Assembly (NCBI GenBank): GCA_050298595.1
Contig: JBNKUM010000008.1
Coordinates: 160,001-224,000 of the forward strand
From: Gammaproteobacteria bacterium
GTDB taxonomy: Bacteria > Pseudomonadota > Gammaproteobacteria > GCA-001735895
Length of the DNA stretch: 64,000 bases
Direction: 5' to 3'
In this document: positions 52,660 through 62,448 of the stretch, piece by piece
Position numbering within the stretch: position 1 is the stretch's first letter
How the letters are laid out: each line of letters opens with the position of its first letter
Made by a program: the position numbers and the translations under genes
The notes under the pieces: generated by a model
The model's database searches: none
What the model was told of the DNA's origin: nothing
Seen by the model: the letters and a program-made list of their open reading frames with translations, nothing else

Positions 52660-53571
52660 TTAAACCGCTTCAACTGGTTGAGCATAGGAAATTGGTGCTT
52701 TGCTATCATCTTCAAAAGTCACTTCTTCCCAGGCGGCCTGGTCTTCGAGTAATGCAAGTAGCAAACGATTATTAAGCTCATGGCCAGATTTATATCCGGA
52801 GAAAGCTCCAATTAAACTATGCCCTAGCAGGTATAAATCTCCGATTGAGTCAAGAATTTTATGTTTTACAAACTCATTGTCGTAACGCAAACCATCTTCG
52901 TTTAAAACACGGTAATCATCCAGAACGATTGCATTTTCCTGACTTCCGCCTAGAGCTAGGTTATTCTGGCGTAAATACTCAATATCTTTCTGAAAACCGA
53001 AGGTTCTTGCTCGACTGACTTCCTTTACAAAAGAGGTAGTTGAGAAATTCACTTCACAAATCTGTTTCTCAGCAGTAAATAAAGGGTGATCAAAATCGAT
53101 CTCAAAACCAACCTTAAATCCATCAAAAGGTTCGAACTTAACCCATTTATCGCCATCTTCCACTTTGATAGTTTTCTTTATACGGATAAATCTTTTAGCC
53201 GCAGCCTGCTCTACAATACCTGCAGACTGAATTAGAAAGACAAAAGGTCCTGAGCTTCCATCCATAATTGGCACTTCATCAGCGCTTAGATCGATAAAGG
53301 CATTATCGATGCCTAAACCAGCCATAGCGGAAAGAAGATGCTCAACTGTAGAGATGCGAACGCCGTCCTGACAAAGTGTTGTAGATAACTTGGTATCTCC
53401 AACATTTTCTGGTCGAGCTAGAATTTCTACAGCCTCTTGCAGATCGACACGACGAAAACGAATACCAGAATTAACTGGAGCCGGACGTAAGGTAAGGTAA
53501 ACCTTTTTTCCGGTATGCAAGCCAACGCCCATAGCGCGGATCACATTTTTAAGTGTGCGTTGTCTGATCAA
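52660..53571 (-). CDS. lpxC: UDP-3-O-acyl-GlcNAc deacetylase (probable TTG start at 53571)
   Basis: [27 protein letters not shown]. Confidence 0.96.
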   Translation of the reverse strand: MIRQRTLKNVIRAMGVGLHTGKKVYLTLRPAPVNSGIRFRRVDLQEAVEILARPENVGDTKLSTTLCQDGVRISTVEHLLSAMAGLGIDNAFIDLSADEVPIMDGSSGPFVFLIQSAGIVEQAAAKRFIRIKKTIKVEDGDKWVKFEPFDGFKVGFEIDFDHPLFTAEKQICEVNFSTTSFVKEVSRARTFGFQKDIEYLRQNNLALGGSQENAIVLDDYRVLNEDGLRYDNEFVKHKILDSIGDLYLLGHSLIGAFSGYKSGHELNNRLLLALLEDQAAWEEVTFEDDSKAPISYAQPVEAV

Positions 53572-53719
53572 AACTAAATCCTGAAAATAATAGAAAAAAA
53601 ACCCAAGAATAAACAAGGTCTATTAATGAAGAAGTATGATGCATATATGCCGGTTTTTCAATTAAGCAATAGAATTTTTAAACATAACTTCATTAAAACA
53701 GGTAGTTTTATGACATTAG

Positions 53720-54103
53720 TCATCTATTTCGAATGATGCTCTTCTGAGCATCCAGCACATAAGCATGAATTGCATCCTCGGATTTTGGAGCGATTCGTAT
53801 AAACTCACAGTGACAAAGGTCTTTTTGCTTCGATACAATCTGGACGGTAACCGGAAAAATTATATCATCGCTCGGAATCTTTAAGGTACCTGACGCCTGA
53901 TAGCCTTCAGGATAATTATAGCTGCGAAAACTACAACCGCTACCGCTGATATTGACCAGCATGTAGGAATCCCCGGCAATATTCAGAATTATTGGACGAG
54001 CAGAGTCCGGCCTAATCCTGAACGCATTGCGCAAATCATGATCTTCAGCAGGAATTTCTATATCAATTTTCTTTTTCTTTTTCTTTTTCCAAAACAAACT
54101 CAA
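53720..54103 (-). CDS. Single-domain PilZ protein (probable TTG start at 54103, overlapping the motB end)
   Basis: RNAFR (RxxxR) and NISGSG ([D/N]xSxxG); GGAG RBS at 54106-54109. Confidence 0.8.
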   Translation of the reverse strand: MSLFWKKKKKKKIDIEIPAEDHDLRNAFRIRPDSARPIILNIAGDSYMLVNISGSGCSFRSYNYPEGYQASGTLKIPSDDIIFPVTVQIVSKQKDLCHCEFIRIAPKSEDAIHAYVLDAQKSIIRNR

Positions 54104-54827
54104 CTCTCCGATTTTTTGCTCTATTTTCGGGGGTATCATTAGACACCAGCGGAAGAAAATCCGCATAGCCAGTAGCGCTCATTCTCTGTGGGTCTATGCC
54201 TTGTTGTATGAAATATCTAAGCACTGTTGTCGCCCTAACTGCAGAAAGCTCCCAATTAGAGGGAAATTCAACTGTTTCGATCGCTAAGTCATCCGTATGA
54301 CCACGGATTGCGATGCGATAATCCGGGTTTTCACGAAATAGCTGCGCCAGATTATTAAAAATGATAGTTGCAGAATCCTTCAGTTTTGCCTTGCCTGAAT
54401 CAAACAGATAGCGCCCATCTATTTGCAGGTTAATCTGGTCTCCCACTGATTCAAGTGTGACGCTGTCTGATAGATCGGTATTTTCAATCATGCTTTCCAT
54501 TTCATTGAAAATCTTTGGCCTTAATGTCTTAATAACATCCGAGGTCGGCTTGAGACCTAACATATCTTCAACCACACGCAAAGGTTCCGGATCGCGCCCC
54601 CTTTGAGTGGCATAATCCAACACACTCACCATATTTCCATCGCCATCCAGTACATTTACCTGCGCTATCTGTGCTCTATAAGCCTTATCTTCATAATCTG
54701 CCAGAGTGTACAGTAGAATAAAAAACACTAGAATCAGCGTCATCATATCGGCAAAGGTTACTATCCAGGCATTGCCGGTTTCTTCCTGCTCAAACTGTTC
54801 CGCAATTGATCTACTATCCTCACTCAT
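54063..54827 (-). CDS. motB: Flagellar stator B subunit (MotB/PomB-like)
   Basis: WIVTFADMMTLILVFF with the conserved Asp; GHTD, NWELSAVRA and NRRVE OmpA-like domain. Confidence 0.88.
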   Translation of the reverse strand: MSEDSRSIAEQFEQEETGNAWIVTFADMMTLILVFFILLYTLADYEDKAYRAQIAQVNVLDGDGNMVSVLDYATQRGRDPEPLRVVEDMLGLKPTSDVIKTLRPKIFNEMESMIENTDLSDSVTLESVGDQINLQIDGRYLFDSGKAKLKDSATIIFNNLAQLFRENPDYRIAIRGHTDDLAIETVEFPSNWELSAVRATTVLRYFIQQGIDPQRMSATGYADFLPLVSNDTPENRAKNRRVEFVLEKEKEKEN

Positions 54828-55597
54828 ATCCGTTCCTTCAAAGGCGGCATTGGTTTACGTTGCTTGGCAGGAACAAATGAGGAAAGCTTTTCGTAAACAG
54901 ATAGTGGATTATTATCCTGCAGGATGCTCACTGCACCCTGGAAAATAATCTCAAAATTCATCACTTCGACCATGGTTCTTGAGCGCAGCTTTCCGGCAAT
55001 GGGTAGGAAAATTACCGTAGCTAATAACGAACCATAAAAAGTTGTCAGCAATGCAACAGCCATTGCAGGACCGAGAGTTTCAGGATTAGCCAGTAAAGAT
55101 AACATTTGAATAAGACCAATCAGGGTGCCCAGCATGCCAAATGATGGAGCATACAGCGCCATTTTGCGAAACACATCCTGAACAATAAAATGCCGCATTT
55201 GCATCGATTCGATCTCGGTACGCATGGCAGAACGCAGTGTTTCTTCATCTGCTGCATCGGCAATCAGAGTACAGACTCGTTTCAAAAAGGGCGAATTAGT
55301 TTTCACATCCATTAAACTTAGCAAGCCCTTGCGACGACTGATTGTACCCAATTTGATCATAGTGTTGATCAATTCCTGAGAATCTTGCTTGGGTGAAGTA
55401 AATACAAAATAAGCACTTTTGAAAGCATTCAGCACATCCTTGAACTGAAATGTCAGCAAGGTAGCAGCAACAGTACCTCCCACCACAATCATAATACCGG
55501 GCACATTAAAGAAGTTATGTACGTCACCACCCAGAATAATGGCTGAAACAATCAGACCAATACCCGAAATAATGCCAATTAAGGAGGCTAAATCCAT
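54824..55597 (-). CDS. motA: Flagellar stator A subunit (MotA/PomA-like)
   Basis: IVVGGT, RRKGLLSL, APSFGMLGTLIGLIQML, GPAMAVALLTTFYG. Confidence 0.88.
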   Translation of the reverse strand: MDLASLIGIISGIGLIVSAIILGGDVHNFFNVPGIMIVVGGTVAATLLTFQFKDVLNAFKSAYFVFTSPKQDSQELINTMIKLGTISRRKGLLSLMDVKTNSPFLKRVCTLIADAADEETLRSAMRTEIESMQMRHFIVQDVFRKMALYAPSFGMLGTLIGLIQMLSLLANPETLGPAMAVALLTTFYGSLLATVIFLPIAGKLRSRTMVEVMNFEIIFQGAVSILQDNNPLSVYEKLSSFVPAKQRKPMPPLKERI

Positions 55598-55702
55598 ATA
55601 TAAACGCCTGCCATGAGAAATTTGTTTAGTTTATTCATTCTAAAAATCAGGAACCCGGCCAGTGACTGGCCATCAAGTAACTTAAAGTTCTTATGTTAAG
55701 AC

Positions 55703-55729
55703 TTATCGGCTTTCTTCACACATACTTTA
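55703..55729 (-). promoter_or_regulatory. Sigma28 (FliA) promoter of motA-motB-pilZ
   Basis: Exact TAAA-N15-GCCGATAA on the minus strand, about 105 bp upstream of the motA start. Confidence 0.88.
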
Positions 55730-55860
55730 ATATAGTCTGGATAAGTTAACATCATTCAGTTATTGATCAAATCGAATAAAATAACTTTTCAATATCTGAC
55801 TTTATCCAACAGAGTATCAATGGGATAATACCCACTTCAGAAATAATTCCGGAATTATTA

Positions 55861-56190
55861 ATGGCAGTTAGAAACAGAGCAAGAACCGAAGAAGAATTTA
55901 TTTACCTGATAAATCAGGCGTTAGATGAGATTTTCGACCTACGCGCAGCGATCGAGTATGACGAAGAATTTATGAGCAATGCCATTTTCGTTGTCGACCC
56001 TCTGGAGAAAGGACTAAACCGCCTACTGGACACCGTTAAAGCGGGCGAATACCGACCTGGTGAAGGAGACTATATGGACTTTCTGAACGTACTTAAAAAT
56101 ACCGACCAACGCGCTATTCCTTTCTGGACTGTTCTTAAACTCATCCTCGACACACATAACGAGGGATATCAGGGCATAGATAATGACTAA
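55861..56190 (+). CDS. Hypothetical protein (acidic, helical)
   Basis: 109 aa ORF; stop overlaps the next start. Confidence 0.7.
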   Translation: MAVRNRARTEEEFIYLINQALDEIFDLRAAIEYDEEFMSNAIFVVDPLEKGLNRLLDTVKAGEYRPGEGDYMDFLNVLKNTDQRAIPFWTVLKLILDTHNEGYQGIDND

Positions 56191-56896
56191 CAGCGACTCG
56201 CCTTTTCATGGCCTGGAGGTTGAGGAAAACCCGGTACTGGAGGTCACTGCACAGGAAAAAACCCTGCAGCAAGATCTGGAGCTGCATATGCAACATTTCA
56301 ATGCATTGCCAGAGCAATGCGACCCGGTAGAAAAAGCAAGATTAATGCTCGATATCGCCGAATGTCATCTTGGTCTTGATCAAACGGACGAAGCCCATCA
56401 ATGGGCTCAGCAGGGCATAGCTCCCCTGATCAAAAATGAACAATGGCCACTTGTGGTTGATGCCTGCGATATCATCTACAACTGCAATAAGGATGACGCG
56501 TTAATAGCTTTGGGAAATGGAATCTGGCTAGCCGTTACCTTTCCTGTCGATCCCAATATCAGCATCCAGATGCTACACCACATTGTGGATGAAACACCCG
56601 ACAATTCGGACGGAGCAGCCGTTGCAGCCATGCTGGCGCACTATCTGGCAGAAACTCGTAGTAATGAAAAAGACCATAGAAATCTGACTTTCCTGACCAA
56701 TCAGATTGTTACTCAGGTCGCCAGGCGGCATCGCAATATTGAAGATGAAAAGACCATGCAAACCTGGATAAAAATGTACCAGTTAGATGAAATCGATCAA
56801 CTGTTATCAAAAATGGCAGTCATCCTGGAAACCATAGTGGATAATCACTGGTGGTATGACCGCGATAAAATCCGCAGTCGTTTACCAGTAAATTAG
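56183..56896 (+). CDS. Hypothetical all-helical (TPR-like) protein
   Basis: 237 aa ORF; IWLAVTFPVDP, TPDNSDGAAVAA, WWYDRDKIRSRLP. Confidence 0.75.
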   Translation: MTNSDSPFHGLEVEENPVLEVTAQEKTLQQDLELHMQHFNALPEQCDPVEKARLMLDIAECHLGLDQTDEAHQWAQQGIAPLIKNEQWPLVVDACDIIYNCNKDDALIALGNGIWLAVTFPVDPNISIQMLHHIVDETPDNSDGAAVAAMLAHYLAETRSNEKDHRNLTFLTNQIVTQVARRHRNIEDEKTMQTWIKMYQLDEIDQLLSKMAVILETIVDNHWWYDRDKIRSRLPVN

Positions 56897-56918
56897 CCTG
56901 TCTTTTAAGCTCTACTAA

Positions 56919-58229
56919 TCAGCCCTGAAATAGCTGTTTTACGTTACTCAGGAACAACGGATTTGACTTAACGAAATAGATAAGCATCAACAGATTCAAA
57001 CAGGCAAGCAGAACAAATAGCTCAGAAATAGACAGTCCAGCAGCAAACAGCCCTAATGCCACAGCCGCTGAAACCACCATATACAACGCATTCATAATGT
57101 TATTCATCGCCACCATTCTTGAGCGTTGACTATCCTGTGACTGAATCTGTAACACGGTGTAAAGCGGTACAATATACAGCCCGCCACTCACGCCTAGCAG
57201 CAAAAGGCTAATGATTAACACTGCATCAGCACCCTGCCCTAGCTCACCCAAACCACGCAGTAGCTCTACTGACTGGCTTGAATATTGAGAAACCAGCAGT
57301 CCCGATACAATCAAACCGATCAATCCAATGGCAACACTATAACGCCCCATCGGGGTTGATTTAATTAAACTACAGATAATCGCCCCAATCCCAATGCCGA
57401 CGGCAAATAGTCCAAGACACAGTAGAAAAACCTGCTCATTTGCATACACATAATAACGTACAAAGTTGGGTAGCTGAGTAATATAGGTAGCACCCACCAT
57501 CCAGAACCATGAAATGCCGAGTATCGCCTGCCACACCAGGGTATTGCTGCGAGAGAGTCTTAACAGCGAGATAAAACCTTCTTTTTCAGCCGCTGGAATT
57601 TCGACGAACTTCCCATCTTTCATTAGACGGCTGCTGATATACCCTAATAATGCGAAAAAAACCGTACTTCCAGAAACGATCAATAAATGCTCATCCGCAT
57701 AGGAAAAAAGCATACCTGCTAAAATCATTCCCAGAATGATCGCGATAAATGTCGATGCCTGAATCAGGGCATTAGCACTCACTAACTGCTCCCGATCCAG
57801 CACGGCAGGCAGGTAACTGTATTTCAATGGACCAAAAAATGTCGACTGAGCACCCATTAAAAATAGAACCGCTAACAGAAACCAGGTATTCCCTAAGTAA
57901 AACCCCACTCCGCCCAGGCACATGATCACAATTTCCAGCAACTTAATTCTACGTATCAGGGTTACTTTATCAAACTGATCAGCCACCGAACCCGCACGAG
58001 GCGATAAAACAAAGAATGGCAGGATAAACAGGATTGCAGCCAGATTAACCAGAATAGAAGATTCTGATTCAGCCTGTTGAGTCACATGGAACGCTATCAG
58101 CAAAGATAGCGCGGTTTTAAAAAGGTTATCATTGAAAGCCCCTAGAAACTGGGTCGCAAAAAAACTGGAAAAAGTACGCGAAGACAATAAAAAGAGGAGG
58201 TCAGACTTCACAGCTACCTGTCTGGGCAT
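56919..58229 (-). CDS. MFS transporter (LplT/Aas-associated lysophospholipid transporter-like)
   Basis: TQFLGAFNDNLFK, FFGPLKYSYLP, GGLYIVPLY; about 12 TM helices. Confidence 0.85.
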   Translation of the reverse strand: MPRQVAVKSDLLFLLSSRTFSSFFATQFLGAFNDNLFKTALSLLIAFHVTQQAESESSILVNLAAILFILPFFVLSPRAGSVADQFDKVTLIRRIKLLEIVIMCLGGVGFYLGNTWFLLAVLFLMGAQSTFFGPLKYSYLPAVLDREQLVSANALIQASTFIAIILGMILAGMLFSYADEHLLIVSGSTVFFALLGYISSRLMKDGKFVEIPAAEKEGFISLLRLSRSNTLVWQAILGISWFWMVGATYITQLPNFVRYYVYANEQVFLLCLGLFAVGIGIGAIICSLIKSTPMGRYSVAIGLIGLIVSGLLVSQYSSQSVELLRGLGELGQGADAVLIISLLLLGVSGGLYIVPLYTVLQIQSQDSQRSRMVAMNNIMNALYMVVSAAVALGLFAAGLSISELFVLLACLNLLMLIYFVKSNPLFLSNVKQLFQG

Positions 58230-58404
58230 ACACCGACATAACCGACTTCAATTCAGCCAGTACGACAGCCTGCTCTTCATCGCATAAATGCGCTAATTCG
58301 TTACAACCTACTCGAATTACATCATCTTCCAGCACGGATTTCACGTATTGACAGCCCTGCTTACAAATCGAATCAACAGCCTGATCTATTTCTTGCTTAC
58401 CCAC
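58201..58404 (-). CDS. Small Cys-rich hypothetical protein (GTG start)
   Basis: 67 aa; ICKQGCQYV...VLAELKSVMSVY; AAAGGT RBS-like sequence upstream. Confidence 0.6.
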   Translation of the reverse strand: MGKQEIDQAVDSICKQGCQYVKSVLEDDVIRVGCNELAHLCDEEQAVVLAELKSVMSVYAQTGSCEV

Positions 58405-58504
58405 AGATAAAACCTTTAAACGCGGAAGGTAACTCAGGATTATAACGCTTCCCTATCTATTAGAAAATGGTAATATTATTTTTTTGTTTTGAGAGCGCCC
58501 TTCT

Positions 58505-58900
58505 GTGAGTTTCCGCAACATGCAATTCCATGGTATGAAGATCAATAACATTGAAAGCAACGGAGATACTGCGCGTATAGAAATTGATTACGCCATCATC
58601 ATCAAACACATGGATGATGCCGATCATAAAACCCGCTGGTACGGCAAAGGCATACTGCAGATTGAAGATATTACCATCGAAAGCGATGCATTACCCTCAT
58701 TTCCGGCTCTGGTAGAAAACGCGGATATCAAGGACAACCAGATGACCTATCGAGATGAGGTCGTCATCCCGATAAAATATCATGGCAATGTAGGCATCAC
58801 GTTGAAATTTGAAAACTTCCCTCAGCCGGTAAAATTCATTGGTGAGCGTATGAGTTTCGACCTGTCAGAACACGAAAAATATATCGAGCACATAAAATAA
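58505..58900 (+). CDS. Hypothetical protein (beta-rich)
   Basis: 131 aa ORF filling the gap; no motif recognised. Confidence 0.65.
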   Translation: MSFRNMQFHGMKINNIESNGDTARIEIDYAIIIKHMDDADHKTRWYGKGILQIEDITIESDALPSFPALVENADIKDNQMTYRDEVVIPIKYHGNVGITLKFENFPQPVKFIGERMSFDLSEHEKYIEHIK

Positions 58901-59446
58901 CTACAGCTTTATAAGGTTATCCCGATAGTATTCAAGTTCTGCTATCGATTCGCGGATATCATCTAGCGCCAGATGCGCACCTTTTTTGAAAAAGCCTTTG
59001 GCAATCTCAGGTTTCCATAGACGTGCCAGCTCTTTCAGGCTACTCACATCCAGATTGCGATAATGGAAGAAAGCTTCCAGCTCAGGCATCAGGCGCGCCA
59101 TGAAACGGCGATCCTGACAGATACTGTTGCCGCACATGGGTGATTTGCCGGCTGGAACGTACTTTTTCAAAAAATCTAACGTTAGCTGCTCCGCCTGCTG
59201 CGCGGTATACTCGCTATCCAGAACACGCTGGGTCAGGCCTGAATCCCCATGATGTGTAGTATTCCATTCATCCATCGCCTGCATGGTTTGTAGAGATTGA
59301 TGGATGGCTATCACCGGCCCTTCTTCCAGTGTGTTCAAATCCTTATCGGTGACTATGGTGGCAATTTCGATTATTTGATCTTCCTGTGGATCAAGCCCGG
59401 TCATTTCCAGATCGATCCAGATCAGATTGGTGTCACTAATGCTCAT
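58901..59446 (-). CDS. orn: Oligoribonuclease
   Basis: [33 protein letters not shown]. Confidence 0.97.
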   Translation of the reverse strand: MSISDTNLIWIDLEMTGLDPQEDQIIEIATIVTDKDLNTLEEGPVIAIHQSLQTMQAMDEWNTTHHGDSGLTQRVLDSEYTAQQAEQLTLDFLKKYVPAGKSPMCGNSICQDRRFMARLMPELEAFFHYRNLDVSSLKELARLWKPEIAKGFFKKGAHLALDDIRESIAELEYYRDNLIKL

Positions 59447-59556
59447 TTTTTATCCTGTTTTAAGCCTTACGTTTGGAATAGACGTGAACCGTCTATAGTT
59501 ATTTTCTTGCCTTTTTAAAGTAGACTATATCAATCCCACTCAAACATAGAAATGAT

Positions 59557-60795
59557 ATGCATACATTTACCCTGATTTTTCTGCTTTTCCTCGCTGCCAG
59601 CATTATTGCGCGACTGTGGTTATCACAGAGACAGATCAATCATATAGCACAACATCGCAGCAAGGTCCCAGAAGCCTTTGTAGAAAAGATCACTCTGGGT
59701 GAACATCAAAAAGCCGCAGATTACTCCACCACCAAACTTCGTTTCGCAAGATTAACACTGGCCTGGGAAACCCTCTGGCTATTACTCTGGACATTGGGTG
59801 GCGGTTTGAGTCTGCTGGATGGCTGGTGGTCACAATATCAGTTATCCCCATTATGGACAGGTATCGCCGTCATCCTCAGTCTGGGCTTAAGCATGAGCTT
59901 ACTGGATACTCCATTCTCACTTTATAGCACCTTCGTTATAGAACAGCGTTTCGGTTTTAACAAAACCACATTCAAAACCTGGATCACCGACCTGATTAAG
60001 TCTGGAGCATTAATGCTGGTACTGGGTGTGCCATTACTGGCTGTCATTCTGTGGCTGATGAATCAGGCCGGACAATACTGGTGGCTATATGCCTGGGCAG
60101 TGTGGACTGGGTTCAGTTTATTCATGATCTGGGCCTACCCAGCCTTTATCGCACCTCTGTTCAACAAATTTTCTCCGCTGGAAGACGAAGCCCTGAAAGA
60201 TCGTATAGATAACCTGCTTGCGCGCTGTGGTTTTAAAAGCCAGGGTGTATTTGTGGTGGATGGATCAAAGCGTTCTGCGCATGGCAACGCCTACTTTACC
60301 GGTTTTGGCAATAATAAACGTATCGTGTTTTACGACACCTTACTCGAATCATTGTCGGAAGATGAAGTTGAAGCAGTTCTTGCGCATGAACTGGGGCATT
60401 TCAAACGTAATCACATCAAAAAAACACTGGGCTTATCTACTGTCATGACTCTAGTTGGGTTTGCTTTACTCGCCTGGCTGATGAACTCACCCTGGTTTTA
60501 CAGCGCCCTGGGGGTACAGCAGGTAAGCACTTATAATGCTTTGATTCTTTTTATGTTTACACTGCCGGTATTCACCTATTTCATCAGCCCAATTTTCTCA
60601 GCCTTATCACGTAAGCATGAATTTGAAGCTGATGATTTTGCCAAGCAACAAAGTGATTACCGGGCCCTGATATCTGCACTGGTTAATCTATACCGGGAAA
60701 ATGCAAACACGCTCACACCTGATCCAGTACATTCTATGTTTTATGATTCACACCCTCCAGCATCTATTCGAATTGCCCATCTGGAATCAAACTAA
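59557..60795 (+). CDS. M48 family Ste24-like membrane zinc protease
   Basis: DGSKRSAHGNAYFTG, HELGH, EFEAD, SHPP. Confidence 0.92.
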   Translation: MHTFTLIFLLFLAASIIARLWLSQRQINHIAQHRSKVPEAFVEKITLGEHQKAADYSTTKLRFARLTLAWETLWLLLWTLGGGLSLLDGWWSQYQLSPLWTGIAVILSLGLSMSLLDTPFSLYSTFVIEQRFGFNKTTFKTWITDLIKSGALMLVLGVPLLAVILWLMNQAGQYWWLYAWAVWTGFSLFMIWAYPAFIAPLFNKFSPLEDEALKDRIDNLLARCGFKSQGVFVVDGSKRSAHGNAYFTGFGNNKRIVFYDTLLESLSEDEVEAVLAHELGHFKRNHIKKTLGLSTVMTLVGFALLAWLMNSPWFYSALGVQQVSTYNALILFMFTLPVFTYFISPIFSALSRKHEFEADDFAKQQSDYRALISALVNLYRENANTLTPDPVHSMFYDSHPPASIRIAHLESN

Positions 60796-60807
60796 ACGGA
60801 GATATTT

Positions 60808-61077
60808 ATGAAAAATACAAGCCTGATACTGTTGACCCTGCTTTTTTCCAGCCCGGGATGGAGTGCCGATATTGAGAATGGTCAGGCTCTGCATGCAGAG
60901 AAATGCGTCAAATGTCATGATTCAAGCGCCTACACCCGCAGTCCAAGACGGGTGAATGATCTGCCACAATTGGGGGTTCAGGTTCGTGCCTGTAAGGATA
61001 ATCTGGGTATCACCTGGTTTGATGACGAGGTAGATGATGTCATTATTTATCTCAACCAGAAATACTACCATTTTTAA
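60808..61077 (+). CDS. Small monoheme cytochrome c, green heme protein-like
   Basis: Signal peptide, CVKCH, extra Cys in QVRACKDNLG, no Met in the mature protein, C-terminal YLNQKYYHF. Confidence 0.8.
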   Translation: MKNTSLILLTLLFSSPGWSADIENGQALHAEKCVKCHDSSAYTRSPRRVNDLPQLGVQVRACKDNLGITWFDDEVDDVIIYLNQKYYHF

Positions 61078-61373
61078 TGGCGCAATTAATCAACCACAGC
61101 GAACTCCCTAAATGGGTAAGCACACTTCACCCGGATTGGGTGATGAGTGAGTCTTTCAAACAGATAAGTCGCAACTTCACTTTTAAAGATTATTATCAGA
61201 CCATGGCATTCGCTAATAGCGTTGCCTGGATCGCTCATCAAAATGACCATCATCCTGAAATGCACCTATCGTACAAAACTTGCCTGATCGAATATAGTAG
61301 CCACTCGTCTGGCGGCTTGACGGAGCTGGACTTTAACTGTGCTAAAGCCATTGATCAGCTGCTCGAGTATTAA
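61077..61373 (+). CDS. phhB: Pterin-4a-carbinolamine dehydratase
   Basis: FTFKDYYQTMAFAN, DHHPE, HSSGGLTELDF. Confidence 0.9.
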   Translation: MAQLINHSELPKWVSTLHPDWVMSESFKQISRNFTFKDYYQTMAFANSVAWIAHQNDHHPEMHLSYKTCLIEYSSHSSGGLTELDFNCAKAIDQLLEY

Positions 61374-61376
61374 GCG

Positions 61377-62336
61377 ATGGCAAAACGTCGTTTAAGTCAC
61401 CAGCAATCACGTCGCATAAAAAATGCTCAGCAAACCATTGACCTGGATGATAAAAATAATCTTGTTGGCCTGGTAATCTCACACCGAGGTGGTCAGATCG
61501 AAGTCGAAGCAGAATCAGATCAGCAAAACATCATGTGTAAACTGCGCAGCAATCTGGGTGATATTGTGTGCGGCGATCGAGTGGTGTATCAAATTGATAA
61601 TGGTAATCCAACAATTATTGCTATTCGTCCGAGGGACAACCTGCTGCGACGACAGGATGGCTTTGGGCATGAAAAATCGGTGGCTGCGAATGTCACTCAG
61701 TTGATCATCTGCCTTGCTATCGAGCCTGAACCCAATTTCTTTCTGCTGGATCAATATCTACTATCTGCTGAGCAACAATCAATCAATTCCATCATCCTGT
61801 TAAATAAAATGGATTTAACCGACCAGAGCAACACTGACCCATTTGATTTAAAGGCCATTTATCAACCAATGGGCTACCCGGTACTACATAGCAGTATCCA
61901 TAATGACGAAACCCTCGTCCAGCTACAACGACTCTGTAAAGACCAGGTCAACGTCATCAGTGGGGTATCGGGCGTGGGCAAATCATCACTCACCAAAGCC
62001 ATACTGCCCCAGATAGAAATAAAGATCGGTGAAATATCTGATGTAAGCAAGGAAGGCAAACATACCACCCGAACCAGCCGTCTATATCATCTTCCTCTCG
62101 GAGGCGACCTTATAGATACTCCAGGCGTTCGTGGTTTTAATCCCGTGATCGATAAACAGAAATCAATATCGGCAGGGTTTCGTGAAATTCATGACCTCGC
62201 AGCAAACTGCCAGTTTCATAACTGCAGACATTTAAACGAACCCAAATGCGCTGTTCTTCAAGCACTAGATCAAGGTGATATCAACCTCGGTCGTTACGAA
62301 AACTATATCAAACTATTGCAGGATCTTAGTCTGTAG
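61377..62336 (+). CDS. rsgA: Ribosome small-subunit GTPase RsgA
   Basis: NKMD, GVSGVGKSS, GKHTT, DTPG, CQFHNCRHLNEPKC. Confidence 0.96.
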   Translation: MAKRRLSHQQSRRIKNAQQTIDLDDKNNLVGLVISHRGGQIEVEAESDQQNIMCKLRSNLGDIVCGDRVVYQIDNGNPTIIAIRPRDNLLRRQDGFGHEKSVAANVTQLIICLAIEPEPNFFLLDQYLLSAEQQSINSIILLNKMDLTDQSNTDPFDLKAIYQPMGYPVLHSSIHNDETLVQLQRLCKDQVNVISGVSGVGKSSLTKAILPQIEIKIGEISDVSKEGKHTTRTSRLYHLPLGGDLIDTPGVRGFNPVIDKQKSISAGFREIHDLAANCQFHNCRHLNEPKCAVLQALDQGDINLGRYENYIKLLQDLSL

Positions 62337-62448
62337 AGCAGGCTAATTAATACATCGCAATTTTCTAATAAGTTAATCCACTTTCCGGCTTTCTTAATGT
62401 CGACTAAAACGATAGCATGACCGTTTTTGCGGCCACAGATTAGATACA

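Noticed and set aside
54063-55597. Zorya-type ZorAB anti-phage motor
   Set aside because: MotA is normal length with no long tail, no zorC/D/E genes are present, and there is a perfect flagellar sigma28 promoter.
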